From: Alphaproteobacteria bacterium
GTDB lineage: Bacteria > Pseudomonadota > Alphaproteobacteria > UBA828
Reading direction: 5' to 3'
Length of the DNA stretch: 64,000 nt
Assembly: GCA_965221125.1 (NCBI GenBank)
Contig: CBDCRW010000004.1
Coordinates: 800,001 to 864,000, forward strand
The notes under the pieces are model-generated. The model searched no databases, was not told where the DNA came from, and saw only the letters and a program-made list of their open reading frames with translations. The stretch's first letter is position 1. Every line of letters starts with the position of its first letter. This document shows positions 55,430 to 64,000 of the stretch, in pieces. Both the position numbers and the translations under genes were made by a program.

Positions 55430-55528
55430 CGTCATGGCCGGACTTGTTCCGGACATCCACGTGTTCACACACCACTCTGTCGGACCAACAGTAAAACATG
55501 GATGCCCGCAACGAGTGCGGGCATGACG
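55430..55528. repeat. Paired CGTCATG..CATGACG palindromic repeat, copy 1
   Basis: CGTCATGGCCGGACTTGTTCCGGACATCCAC ... TGGATGCCCGCAACGAGTGCGGGCATGACG. Confidence 0.8.
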
Positions 55529-55602
55529 AAGTAAAGGTTTGAGGTTGAGGAAGCCAAGCACGGGATCGAAAACGCAGAAACTTCGGGCTGGGGTTCCGTC
55601 CC

Positions 55603-57015
55603 CTACTTCTGCTTGCCCGCCTGGCCGCGCTTGAGGAACTGGCCGCCGCCCTCGCGGCCGAGCCAATTGCGGCCGTCGACGATCAGCTCGCCGCGCAGGA
55701 ACACCTTGGCCACGCGCCCGGTCACCTCGCGGCCCTCGAACATCGTGTACTCGACCCGGCTGTGGTGCTCGGCGGCGCGGATGGTCCAGGTCTCGTCCGG
55801 GTCGAAGAGCACGATGTCGGCGTCCGAGCCCACCGCGATCGTGCCCTTGCGCGGGAACAGGCCGAAGAGCTTCGCCGGCGCCGTCGCCATCAGCTCCACG
55901 TAGCGGTTGAGCGACATGCCGTTGCGCCGCACGCCGCCGTCGTAGACCAGCGGCATGCGGGTCTCCAGCCCCGGCGCGCCGTTCGGGATCTTGCTGAAGT
56001 CGTCGCGGCCGAGCTCCTTGGAGAGCCGCAAGCCCAGCACGTTCTCGCTGAAGCAGAAGGGGCAGTGGTCGGTGGCGATGACCTGGAGGTCGTCGGTCTT
56101 CAAGCCCCGCCAGAGCGCGTGCTGGTGCGTGGCGCTCCTGAGCGGCGGCGTCATGACGTACTTCGCGCCCTCGAAGCCGGGCCGGTCGTACTCCTCGTCG
56201 GTGAGGAAGAGGTAGTGCGGGCAGGTCTCGGCGTGGACCGGGAGGCCGCGGTCCCGCGCCTCCGTCACCGCGTCCAGCGCCTCGCCCGCAGACAGGTGCA
56301 CGATGTAGACCGGCGCCTCGGCAAGCTCGGCGATGCGGATGACGCGGCTGGTCGCCTCGCCCTCCATGATCGTGGGCCTGGTCAGCATGTGCCACTTGGG
56401 GCTCGTGTTGCCGGCGTCCAGCGCCTCCTGCACCAGCACGTCGATGACGTGGCCGTTCTCGGCGTGGACCTGCACCATGCCGCCGTTGGCGCCCACCATC
56501 CGCATGGTCTTGAAGATCGCCCCGTCGTCGATCATCAGCACATCCGGGTAGGCGGTGAAGAGCTTGAAGGTGGGCACGCCCTCGTCGTGGATCAGGCTCT
56601 TCATGTCAGCGAGGGTCTGGTCGTTCACGTCGGTCATGATCATGTGCGCACCGACATCGACGGCGGCGACCGACGCGCGCTCGTGCCAGTTGGCGAGGCC
56701 GGCGAGCGGGCTCTCCCCCTTCGTCTGGTTGGCGAAGTCCACGATGGTGGTGGTGCCGCCGAAGGCCGCCGCCTGGGAGCCGGTGTAGAAGGTATCCGCC
56801 GTGCGCGCGGGCCCGAAATCCCAGTCGAGGTGGGTGTGGACGTCGACGCCGCCGGGCATGACCAGCAGGCCCCTGGCGTCGTGCTCGGCGACGTCGTCGC
56901 CGACGGGGAGGTCCGTGCCGATCATGCGGACGCGCCCGTCCTCCATCAGGATGTCGGCCGTGTAGTCGTCCACCGCCGTCACGATCCGCCCGTTCCGAAT
57001 CACGGTCGCCGTCAT
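55603..57015 (-). CDS. hydA: Dihydropyrimidinase
   Basis: PGGVDVHTH, AAFGGTTT, FKLF, VHAENG, VHLS, ETCPHYL, ATDHCPF, KIPNGAPG, GSDADIV; start at ATG 57015. Confidence 0.95.
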   Translation of the reverse strand: MTATVIRNGRIVTAVDDYTADILMEDGRVRMIGTDLPVGDDVAEHDARGLLVMPGGVDVHTHLDWDFGPARTADTFYTGSQAAAFGGTTTIVDFANQTKGESPLAGLANWHERASVAAVDVGAHMIMTDVNDQTLADMKSLIHDEGVPTFKLFTAYPDVLMIDDGAIFKTMRMVGANGGMVQVHAENGHVIDVLVQEALDAGNTSPKWHMLTRPTIMEGEATSRVIRIAELAEAPVYIVHLSAGEALDAVTEARDRGLPVHAETCPHYLFLTDEEYDRPGFEGAKYVMTPPLRSATHQHALWRGLKTDDLQVIATDHCPFCFSENVLGLRLSKELGRDDFSKIPNGAPGLETRMPLVYDGGVRRNGMSLNRYVELMATAPAKLFGLFPRKGTIAVGSDADIVLFDPDETWTIRAAEHHSRVEYTMFEGREVTGRVAKVFLRGELIVDGRNWLGREGGGQFLKRGQAGKQK

Positions 57016-57064
57016 CGTCGCCTCCCTGGAGCGTGGAGACCCCCTCATTCTCCGCCCGCCCATC

Positions 57065-57406
57065 ATGCCGCGCCCGCAGGCAGCCGTCCATTGCGCGGCA
57101 TGGGCGGCTTTGCCAGAGTCGCCTCGGGCTCACGGCGGGAGCAGGGAGGGCACGTCGCCGCTACTCGAGAACAAGGACCTCGCCATCGCCGACATCTACG
57201 TGCCGGCCAAGCGCCGCCGCACGCTGAAGCAGGCGACGGTCGATACGCTCGCCGAGAGCATTCTGGAGGACGGGCTGAAGGTGCCGATCCTGGTGCGGCA
57301 GGACGGCTCCCGCTACGTGCTCGTGGAGGGGCTGCACCGGCTGGAAGCGTGCAGGGCGCTCGGCGAGGAGGTCATCGCCTGCACCTTCGTCCAGGCCCGG
57401 AGCTGA
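57065..57406 (+). CDS. Small stand-alone ParB/Srx N-terminal domain protein (start uncertain)
   Basis: IYVPAKRRRTL..LAESILEDGLKVPILVR..YVLVEGLHRLEACRALG. Confidence 0.82.
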   Translation: MPRPQAAVHCAAWAALPESPRAHGGSREGTSPLLENKDLAIADIYVPAKRRRTLKQATVDTLAESILEDGLKVPILVRQDGSRYVLVEGLHRLEACRALGEEVIACTFVQARS

Positions 57407-57475
57407 CGGGCGCGGCGGTGCTGGCGGCTGCCATCGCCCGGCTCGCGGCGTGGCGGCCCACATCGGGAGCGACGG

Positions 57476-57844
57476 ATGACCGAGGTTCACACCGGCGGCT
57501 GCCTCTGCGGCGGGGTCCGATACCGGGCGACCGGCCCGTTGCGCGCGGTCATCGCCTGCCACTGCGGGCAGTGCCGCAAGACCTCGGGCCACCATGCCGC
57601 CATGACCTCGGTGCCGCTGGCCCGCTTCGCGCTCGAGAGCGACGAGACCCTGGTCTGGTTCCATTCGTCTGACACCGCGCGGCGCGGGTTCTGCAACCGC
57701 TGCGGCGGCAACCTGTTCTGGGAGCCGGTGGGCGAGGACCGCGTCTCGATCACCGCGGGCACGCTCGACGGCGCCACCGGGCTCGCCATTGAGCGCCACA
57801 TCTACACCGACGACGCGGGCGACTACTACGACGTGCCGGGGTGA
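57476..57844 (+). CDS. GFA family (Mss4-like) zinc protein
   Basis: TGGCLCGGVRY, CHCGQCRK, RGFCNRCG. Confidence 0.93.
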   Translation: MTEVHTGGCLCGGVRYRATGPLRAVIACHCGQCRKTSGHHAAMTSVPLARFALESDETLVWFHSSDTARRGFCNRCGGNLFWEPVGEDRVSITAGTLDGATGLAIERHIYTDDAGDYYDVPG

Positions 57845-57984
57845 TCGGGAATAGACCGACGTGCGACCGCGTGGTGCGCGGCGGTCTCGTGCTCCCAGAC
57901 CGCGTGCTGGAAGGCGGCTCCCTCGCGGTCCGTGACGGCGTGATCGCCGCACTCGGCACGGACACCTTCATCCGCCCGGTGTGA
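57841..57984 (+). pseudogene. Internally deleted amidohydrolase (allantoinase/dihydroorotase-like) remnant, 47 codons
   Basis: Manual translation VIGNRPTCDRVVRGGLVLPDRVLEGGSLAVRDGVIAALGTDTFIRPV*; GTGA overlap with the GFA stop. Confidence 0.6.
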
Positions 57985-58112
57985 GACGCGCACGCCGAAG
58001 GTGCAGACCGCACCATGGTCCGGGGCGGCGGGCCCACAGTGCTTTCCGGTCTTACGAGATCACTGCGGCAACCGGGTAGGTCTCCACTCGGTCGGACAGG
58101 GCTCCAGCCGGC

Positions 58113-58571
58113 CTACTCCTCGACCCAGCCGTCCTTGTGCGGGGTGAAGAACTTCAGGTCGATGCGCAGGTGCTTGTAGTACCAGGTGCCGTCCACGCGC
58201 ACGTAGTCGTCGTCGTATTCCGCGAGCAGCCAGCGCGCCTCCTTCGGCCCGCCGCCGAGCTCCGTGGTGCACGGCATGATCAGCCACCACTTGCCGTTGG
58301 CGCTGTCGCCGTCCACGGTAATGATCGGATTGAGCACCAGGTGGGCGGCGAAGACGATGTCGTTCGAGATGCCGGAGAAGAACTCGTGGATCGCCGCGCG
58401 TCCGGTATGGCAGCCGAAGTTCTCGCCGCCGTCCCACACGCCGTCCTCCACGAACATCGCCGCGATGCCGTCGGGATCGTAGCCGGCGTCGCAGAGCTGG
58501 CAGTAGCGCGCCTTGAGCTGCTTGATGTCCTCGATCGCATTGAGCCGCTCGACCTTCTCCTCGAACGTCAT
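58113..58571 (-). CDS. NTF2 family protein (SnoaL_4; BaiE/LinA/scytalone dehydratase-like)
   Basis: IEDIKQLKARYCQLCD, FVEDGVWD, GRAAI, AAHLVLNPII, YDDDYVRVDGTW; start at ATG 58571. Confidence 0.85.
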   Translation of the reverse strand: MTFEEKVERLNAIEDIKQLKARYCQLCDAGYDPDGIAAMFVEDGVWDGGENFGCHTGRAAIHEFFSGISNDIVFAAHLVLNPIITVDGDSANGKWWLIMPCTTELGGGPKEARWLLAEYDDDYVRVDGTWYYKHLRIDLKFFTPHKDGWVEE

Positions 58572-58732
58572 CGCTTCCTCCTTGTCTCTCGCAGGCGCCC
58601 GCCCCGGTACGCCTTCGCAGGCTAGGTAGCACAGAGGCGCCCGAGTCGGGCAAGCCTTCCACGTGCCATCGCCAGCGTGAGTATTCCCGGCCAATTGCCT
58701 ATCATGGCCGCGCAGGACACGCGGAGGGGACG

Positions 58733-61063
58733 ATGGCACGGTTCGGCGTCGGCCAGTCAGCGCCGCGCAAGGAAGACGACGCGCTTCTCAAGGGCGGCGG
58801 GCGGTTTCAGGACGACATCTCGCTCGACGGCGAGGTGCACGCCTGCTTCGTGCGCTCGCCCCACGCCCATGCGGACATAACGGCGATCGACGCCTCGGCG
58901 GCGGCCGCGGCGGACGGCGTGCTCGCCGTCTACACCGGCGCGGACGTGGCGGCGGACGGCCTCGGCACGCTGCCCTGCATCGCCGACGCCTTCGTGGCGC
59001 TGACGCGGCCGGACGGCAGCCCCGCCTGCTATCCGCCCAACCCGATGCTGCCCTGCGAGCGCGTGCGCCACGTGGGCGAGGCGGTGGCCATGGTCGTGGC
59101 CGAGACCCTCGCAGCCGCCGAGGACGCGGCGGCGCTGGTGAACGTGGAGTACGCCACCCTGCCCGCCGTGGTCGACGCCGCGCAGGCCCGCGCGCCGGAT
59201 GCGCCGGAAATCTGGCCGGAGGCGCCGGGCAACCTCTCGTGTACCTGGGTGCAGGGCGATGCCGATGCCACGGACGCCGCCTTCGAGGCCGCGGCCCACG
59301 TGGTGGAGATCGAGCTGGTCAACAACCGCCTGGTCGTGAGCACCATCGAGCCGCGCGGCGCGCTCGGCGTCTACGACCCGGAAGGCGAGCGCTACACCCT
59401 CTACATCAACAGCCAGCATGTGCACGGCGCGCGCGCCATCGTCGCCGGCATTCTCGGGATCGAGGAGGAGCGGCTCCGCATCCTCTCCCACGATCTCGGC
59501 GGCGGCTTCGGCATGAAGTACTTCACCTACCACGAGCAGGTCCTCGTGGCCTGGGCCGCACGCAGGCTGGGGCGGCCGGTGCGCTGGCTGTGCGGGCGCA
59601 CCGAGGGCTTTCTCAGCGACACGCAGGCGCGCGACCACCTGACGCGCGCCGCGCTGGCGCTGGATGCCGACGGGCAGTTCCTGGGCCTGCGCGTGCGCAC
59701 GCTCGCCAACCTCGGCGCCTACGTCTCCAACCTCGGGCCCATCTCGCCCACCCTGCTGTATACGCGCATGCTGGCGAACGCCTACCGCACGCCCGCGATC
59801 CATGCCGAGGTCGAAGGCGTGCTCACCAACACCGTGTTCACCGACGCCTACCGCGGCGCGGGCATTCCGGAATCGAACTACGTGGTCGAGCGCCTGGTGG
59901 AGAAGGCCGCAGGTGCGCTCGGCCTCGCGTCCGACGAGATCCGCCGGCGCAACCTGATCCCGGCGGCGGCGATGCCCTACCAGGTGCCGCTCGACATCAC
60001 CTATGACTCCGGCGACTACGCCCGCAACCTCGACGACAGCCTGGCGCTCGCCGGCTGGTCGGGCTTCGCCGAACGGCGCGCGGAGGCGGCGCAGCGGGGC
60101 AAGCTGCGCGGCATCGGCATGGCGGTCTACGTCGAATCGACCGTGGGCGATCCGGCCGAGCACATCTCCATCCGCTTCCGCGACGACGGCGGCGTCTCCC
60201 TCAGCTCCGGCACGGGCGCGTCCGGCCAGGGGCACGAGACCACCTACGCCCAGCTCCTCGGCGAGAGCCTGGGCATCCCCTACGAGGCCGTCACGCTGGT
60301 CGAAGGCGACAGCGACGACCTGCCGGCCGGCGGCGGCAGCGGCGGCTCGCGCTCCACCTACATGGTGGCGCTCGCGATCGAGGACGGCGCCGCCAAGGTG
60401 GTCGACAAGGGCACGCAGGTCGCCGCCAACCTGCTCGAGGTGGCGCCCGAGGACATCCGCTTCGCCGACGGCAGCTTCGCCATCGCCGGCACCGACCGCG
60501 CCATCGACATCATGGAGCTGGCGGCGCAGGCGAGGGACCCGGCCAACGTGCCCGACGGCATGGAGCCCGGCCTCGACGCCGACGGCAGGACCGAGACCCT
60601 CGACGGCACCTTCCCCAACGGCTGCCACATCTGCGAGGTCGAGGTCGATCCCGACACGGGCGCGCTGGACATCGTCAGCTACGCCGCCGCCAACGACTTC
60701 GGCCGCATCGTCAATCCCGTCCTCGTGGATGGGCAGGTGCACGGCGGCGTGGCGCAGGGGCTGGGCCAGGCGGTGTTCGAGAACTGCGTCTACGACGAGA
60801 GCTCGGGGCAGCTGCTCTCCGGCTCCTTCATGGACTACTGCCTGCCGCGCGCCGACGACATGCCGCCCTTCGCGCTTGCCGACAACGGCGTGCCGACCAG
60901 CCAGAACCCGCTCGGCATCAAGGGCTGCGGCGAGGCGGGGGCGATCCCTGCGCCTGCGGCCGTGGTGAACGCCGTCCTCGATGCGCTGAAGGAGCGCGGC
61001 GTCACCGATATCGACATGCCGCTCACCCCGGAGCGCGTGTGGCGCGCGCTCGCAACGGCTTAA
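58733..61063 (+). CDS. Xanthine dehydrogenase family molybdopterin-binding subunit (CoxL form II-like)
   Basis: [59 protein letters not shown]. Confidence 0.93.
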   Translation: MARFGVGQSAPRKEDDALLKGGGRFQDDISLDGEVHACFVRSPHAHADITAIDASAAAAADGVLAVYTGADVAADGLGTLPCIADAFVALTRPDGSPACYPPNPMLPCERVRHVGEAVAMVVAETLAAAEDAAALVNVEYATLPAVVDAAQARAPDAPEIWPEAPGNLSCTWVQGDADATDAAFEAAAHVVEIELVNNRLVVSTIEPRGALGVYDPEGERYTLYINSQHVHGARAIVAGILGIEEERLRILSHDLGGGFGMKYFTYHEQVLVAWAARRLGRPVRWLCGRTEGFLSDTQARDHLTRAALALDADGQFLGLRVRTLANLGAYVSNLGPISPTLLYTRMLANAYRTPAIHAEVEGVLTNTVFTDAYRGAGIPESNYVVERLVEKAAGALGLASDEIRRRNLIPAAAMPYQVPLDITYDSGDYARNLDDSLALAGWSGFAERRAEAAQRGKLRGIGMAVYVESTVGDPAEHISIRFRDDGGVSLSSGTGASGQGHETTYAQLLGESLGIPYEAVTLVEGDSDDLPAGGGSGGSRSTYMVALAIEDGAAKVVDKGTQVAANLLEVAPEDIRFADGSFAIAGTDRAIDIMELAAQARDPANVPDGMEPGLDADGRTETLDGTFPNGCHICEVEVDPDTGALDIVSYAAANDFGRIVNPVLVDGQVHGGVAQGLGQAVFENCVYDESSGQLLSGSFMDYCLPRADDMPPFALADNGVPTSQNPLGIKGCGEAGAIPAPAAVVNAVLDALKERGVTDIDMPLTPERVWRALATA

Positions 61064-61068
61064 TCGTG

Positions 61069-61188
61069 ATCCCTCAAGCGCATCGCGCACCTGCGCGCGT
61101 ATCCGCGCGACGCGCTCGCTCCGCTCGCTTGGCTTCGCGCTACGCGCATCGTGCGCTTGCGTACGTGGCCGTGCGACGCGCAGTCGCG
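61069..61188 (+). repeat. GC-rich modular repeat, copy 1
   Basis: Shares ATCCCTCA, GCGCTCGCTCCGCTCG, TCGTGCGCT, ACGTGGCCGTGCGACGC and TTCGCGCT-CGCGCA blocks with 63919-64000. Confidence 0.65.
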
Positions 61189-61250
61189 CCGTCCGGGCGG
61201 CCAGTAGTGGCCGCCCGGTAACGCAACTCATCAACGACACGAGGAATTTC

Positions 61251-61787
61251 ATGGCCGCGACCGACCCCGTCTTCACCGACCTGCCCAACAGCATCATCGG
61301 CCAGACCCGGCAGATCTGCATCGTCACCCGCGACCTCGACGCCTGCGTCCGCAACTACGCCGACCGCATGGGGATCGGCCCCTGGTGGGTGCAGGAGTAC
61401 GCGCCGCCGCTGCTCGTCGACAGGCATTATCGCGGCGGCCCCGGCCAGTTCTCCATGCGCCTCGCGCTGGCATGGACCGGCGATCTCAACTGGGAGATCA
61501 TCGAGCCGCTGGAAGGCCCCAGCATCTACCACGAGTTCCTCGACGATCACGGCGAGGGGCTGCAGCACGTGGGCTTCCTGCTGCAGGACACGGGCCTCGA
61601 CTGGGACGCCTGCATCGCCGACATCGAGGGGCGCGGCTTCGCGCGGGTGATGAGCGGAGGCTGGCGCGGCGTGCGCTTCTGCTACTTCCAGACGGAAGAC
61701 GCGCTCAAGACCACCTTCGAGCTGATCCACCGCCCGGAGGGCTACCGGCGCCCGGACCCGATCTACTGGTACCCCGCGCGGGACTGA
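61251..61787 (+). CDS. VOC family protein (methylmalonyl-CoA epimerase-like)
   Basis: QICIVTRDLD, GIGPW, WEIIEPLEGPSIYHEFLDDHGEGLQHVGF, FELI. Confidence 0.88.
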   Translation: MAATDPVFTDLPNSIIGQTRQICIVTRDLDACVRNYADRMGIGPWWVQEYAPPLLVDRHYRGGPGQFSMRLALAWTGDLNWEIIEPLEGPSIYHEFLDDHGEGLQHVGFLLQDTGLDWDACIADIEGRGFARVMSGGWRGVRFCYFQTEDALKTTFELIHRPEGYRRPDPIYWYPARD

Positions 61788-61794
61788 TGGGGGC

Positions 61795-61954
61795 GGAGCG
61801 CGTCCGTCAAAGACGGACGCGCGACAGGCCGCGAATGCGGCGCGCCCTCGCAGGCGTTGGCCGGTCGCGCCGGCAGGCGCGCGGAAGCGAAGACCGGCCA
61901 ACTGCCGTGAGCGATAAAGACTCGGAGTGCGTCCGACCTTGACGGGCGCTCTCA
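61795..61954 (+). repeat. Palindromic intergenic mosaic repeat (RIME/Bru-RS-like), copy 3
   Basis: GGAGCGCGTCCGTC..GACGGACGCGC, GCCGCGAATGCGGCG, GCCGTGAGCGATAAAG, GAGTGCGTCCG..CGGGCGCTCTC. Confidence 0.8.
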
Positions 61955-62764
61955 GCTATCTTGCCAGACGGGGTCCCGCTTCTCGAGGAAGGCCGTGATC
62001 CCCTCGCGCGCGTCGTCGGCCTGGATGGTGCGGTAGATCACCTCGCCGGCGTAGTCGTAGGCATCGCCCCGGTCCATCTCAAGCTGGCGGTAGAAGGACT
62101 GCTTGCCCTGCGCGATGGCGTAAGCCGACTTCGACGCAATGTGCCGCGCCACCTCGTCGACCCGCTCGTCGAGCGTCTCCGCCGGCACCACCTCGCTCAC
62201 CAGCCCCATGCGGAACGCGGTCTCGGCGTCGATCATCTTGCCGGTGAGCAGCATCTGCATGGCATGCTTGGGCGCCACGGCGCGGCTCACCGCCACCTGC
62301 GGCGAGTGGCACCAGAAGCCGATGTTCACGCCGGGGGTGGCGAACCTGGCGTCCGCCGAGGCGTAGACGAGATCGCAGCTCGCGACCAGCTCGCAGCCCG
62401 CCGCGGTGGCGATGGCGTGGACCTTGGCGATCACCGGCTGGGGCAGGCCGATCAGGCTCTGCATCATGCGCGAGCACGTGGCCGTCGCCTCCCGCTTGGT
62501 CTCCGGCGCCTTCATGGCCTCGACCGATTCGTTGAGGTCGTGGCCGGTGCAGAAGAGCCGCCCGGACGCTGCCAGGACCACCACGCGCACCGAGCGGTCG
62601 TCCCTGATCTCATCGAGGGTGTCCTGCAGCTCGTGGACCAGCTGGTGGGAGAGGCTGTTGCCCGAGCTGGGCCGGTTGAGCGTGAGCGTCGTCACGCCGT
62701 CGTCGTCCTTGCGGCGCAGCACGCGCGCCACGCCTGCCGGCAGTTCCGCGATCTCGGTCGCCAT
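61952..62764 (-). CDS. Enoyl-CoA hydratase/isomerase family protein (ECHDC3-like)
   Basis: LTLNRP..NSLS, FCTGHDL, ATAAGCELVASCD, FATPGVNIG, DAREGITAFLEKR; start at ATG 62764. Confidence 0.92.
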   Translation of the reverse strand: MATEIAELPAGVARVLRRKDDDGVTTLTLNRPSSGNSLSHQLVHELQDTLDEIRDDRSVRVVVLAASGRLFCTGHDLNESVEAMKAPETKREATATCSRMMQSLIGLPQPVIAKVHAIATAAGCELVASCDLVYASADARFATPGVNIGFWCHSPQVAVSRAVAPKHAMQMLLTGKMIDAETAFRMGLVSEVVPAETLDERVDEVARHIASKSAYAIAQGKQSFYRQLEMDRGDAYDYAGEVIYRTIQADDAREGITAFLEKRDPVWQDS

Positions 62765-62929
62765 CACGTCCTCCAACTCTCGAGCGAGCGGGCGGCATAT
62801 TAGCACTCCGCAGCGGGAAACGAAGGTAGCCGGATGGCTTGCTTGCGGCGGCGCCCGTTGTGGCCTATGTCGTGGCCCGCCGGGGGCGAGGCCGGGCCGG
62901 CACGAGCATCGATGAGAAGCGGGAGATCC

Positions 62930-63691
62930 ATGGCACAGCTTGAAGGGAAGGTCGCCGTCGTCACCGGCGGCGGGCGGGGCCTGGGCCGCGCCTATTGCGA
63001 GGCGCTGGCGCGCGAGGGCGCGGCCGTCGTCGCCGCCGACATCCGCGACACCGCCGAGACGGTGGACGCCATCGGCAAGACCAACGGCCGCGTCACCGGC
63101 ATCGCGTTCGACGCCGCCGACATGGCGAGCTGCGAGGCCATGGCCAGGCACGCCGTCGACGAGTTCGGGCGCATCGACGTGCTGGTGAACAACGCAGCAC
63201 TCTACGGCGACATCCAGGGCGGGCGCTTCGACAAGATCAGCGAGGACGAGTGGGACCGCACCATGGCGGTCAACGTGCGGGGCGTCTGGAACTGCTGCAA
63301 GGCGTGCGTGCCGGCCATGCGCGACGCCGGCGGCGGCTCGATCGTCAACATCGCCTCGCTGGCCGCAGTCTACGGCATGCCTTTCGGGCTGCACTATGCC
63401 ACGTCGAAGGCGGCCGTCATCGGCATGACCCGCGCGCTCGCCCGCGAGCTCGGGCGCGACTGGATCAGGGTCAACGCCGTCGCACCCAGCGCCGTGCTGA
63501 CCGAAGGGACGGACGAGTTCTTCGGCGAGAAGAAGGAAAAATTCCTCCACGCCGTCGCCGGCGGCCAGAGCCTGCAGCAGAACCTCACCACCGACGATCT
63601 CGTCGGCACCGTGCTCTACCTCTCGTCCGACGCCAGCCGGCTCGTCACCGGCCAGACCCTGATGGTGGACGGCGGCACGGTCTTTCTGTAG
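62930..63691 (+). CDS. SDR family oxidoreductase
   Basis: TGGGRGLG, NNAA, YATSK, VNAVAP, TGQTLMVDGG; start at ATG 62930. Confidence 0.92.
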   Translation: MAQLEGKVAVVTGGGRGLGRAYCEALAREGAAVVAADIRDTAETVDAIGKTNGRVTGIAFDAADMASCEAMARHAVDEFGRIDVLVNNAALYGDIQGGRFDKISEDEWDRTMAVNVRGVWNCCKACVPAMRDAGGGSIVNIASLAAVYGMPFGLHYATSKAAVIGMTRALARELGRDWIRVNAVAPSAVLTEGTDEFFGEKKEKFLHAVAGGQSLQQNLTTDDLVGTVLYLSSDASRLVTGQTLMVDGGTVFL

Positions 63692-63759
63692 CGGTCCGGT
63701 CTTGGGTTTCGCGTGGCTTGAGGTCGGCCAAGCGGCCTCCCCGGCCCGTCCACCCCTCT

Positions 63760-63848
63760 CGTCATGCCCGCACGTGTTGCGGGCATCCACTCTTGCCGGG
63801 CGGAGCCGGATTTACCCCTGGATGGCCGGGACAAGCCCGGCCATGACG
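63760..63848. repeat. Paired CGTCATG..CATGACG palindromic repeat, copy 2 (inverted relative to copy 1)
   Basis: CGTCATGCCCGCACGTGTTGCGGGCATCCAC ... TGGATGGCCGGGACAAGCCCGGCCATGACG. Confidence 0.8.
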
Positions 63849-63918
63849 TGGTGAGTTATTCGGGCCGGCCCCGAACCGCCGCCCCACCTCCCCCTGTCCC
63901 CCTCCCGACTCTTTTCTT

Positions 63919-64000
63919 ATCCCTCAGTCGCCGGGCGCTCGCTCCGCTCGATCGTGCGCTCCGCGCACGTGGCCGTGCGACGCTTCGCGCTCCGCGCACG
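63919..64000 (+). repeat. GC-rich modular repeat, copy 2 (runs off the window end)
   Basis: Same blocks as 61069-61188, in a different order. Confidence 0.65.

Noticed and set aside
55430-55528. Mini-CRISPR (repeat-spacer-repeat)
   Set aside because: The units are inverted rather than direct, there are only two, and no cas genes are present.
58733-61063. True aerobic CO dehydrogenase
   Set aside because: It lacks the AYxCSFR copper-binding loop and the coxMSL operon context.

Overview
GC-rich (about 70% by eye) alphaproteobacterial chromosome segment, probably Rhodospirillales-like. It has two housekeeping blocks: dxr (5' part) with sdhE-mfd, and metK-trmB-rimP-nusA-ylxR-infB-rbfA-truB-rpsO-pnp. 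These sit among many catabolic genes (two luciferase-like monooxygenases, a PhyH dioxygenase, an atypical SHMT, amidohydrolases, oxoprolinase/hydantoinases, SDRs, separated CoxL- and CoxM-like subunits, NTF2/SnoaL proteins, a polyamine-type ABC transporter). Accessory elements are a GNAT/DUF1778 toxin-antitoxin pair, an orphan MqsA-like HTH protein, a secreted nuclease, a low-GC HsdR_N nuclease with a SeqA-like C-terminus, three gene remnants, one MITE and four families of palindromic repeats. The three most notable observations are: (1) a 292-bp MITE inserted in frame just after an ABC permease start codon, whose far terminal repeat supplies a stop and a new in-frame ATG; (2) a stand-alone nuclease fused to a putative methyl-DNA reader; (3) a dioxygenase + methylserine-HMT-like + ammonia-lyase gene run suggesting an undescribed catabolic route. 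I recognised no rRNA, tRNA or CRISPR array. All calls come from motif recognition by eye; no searches were run.
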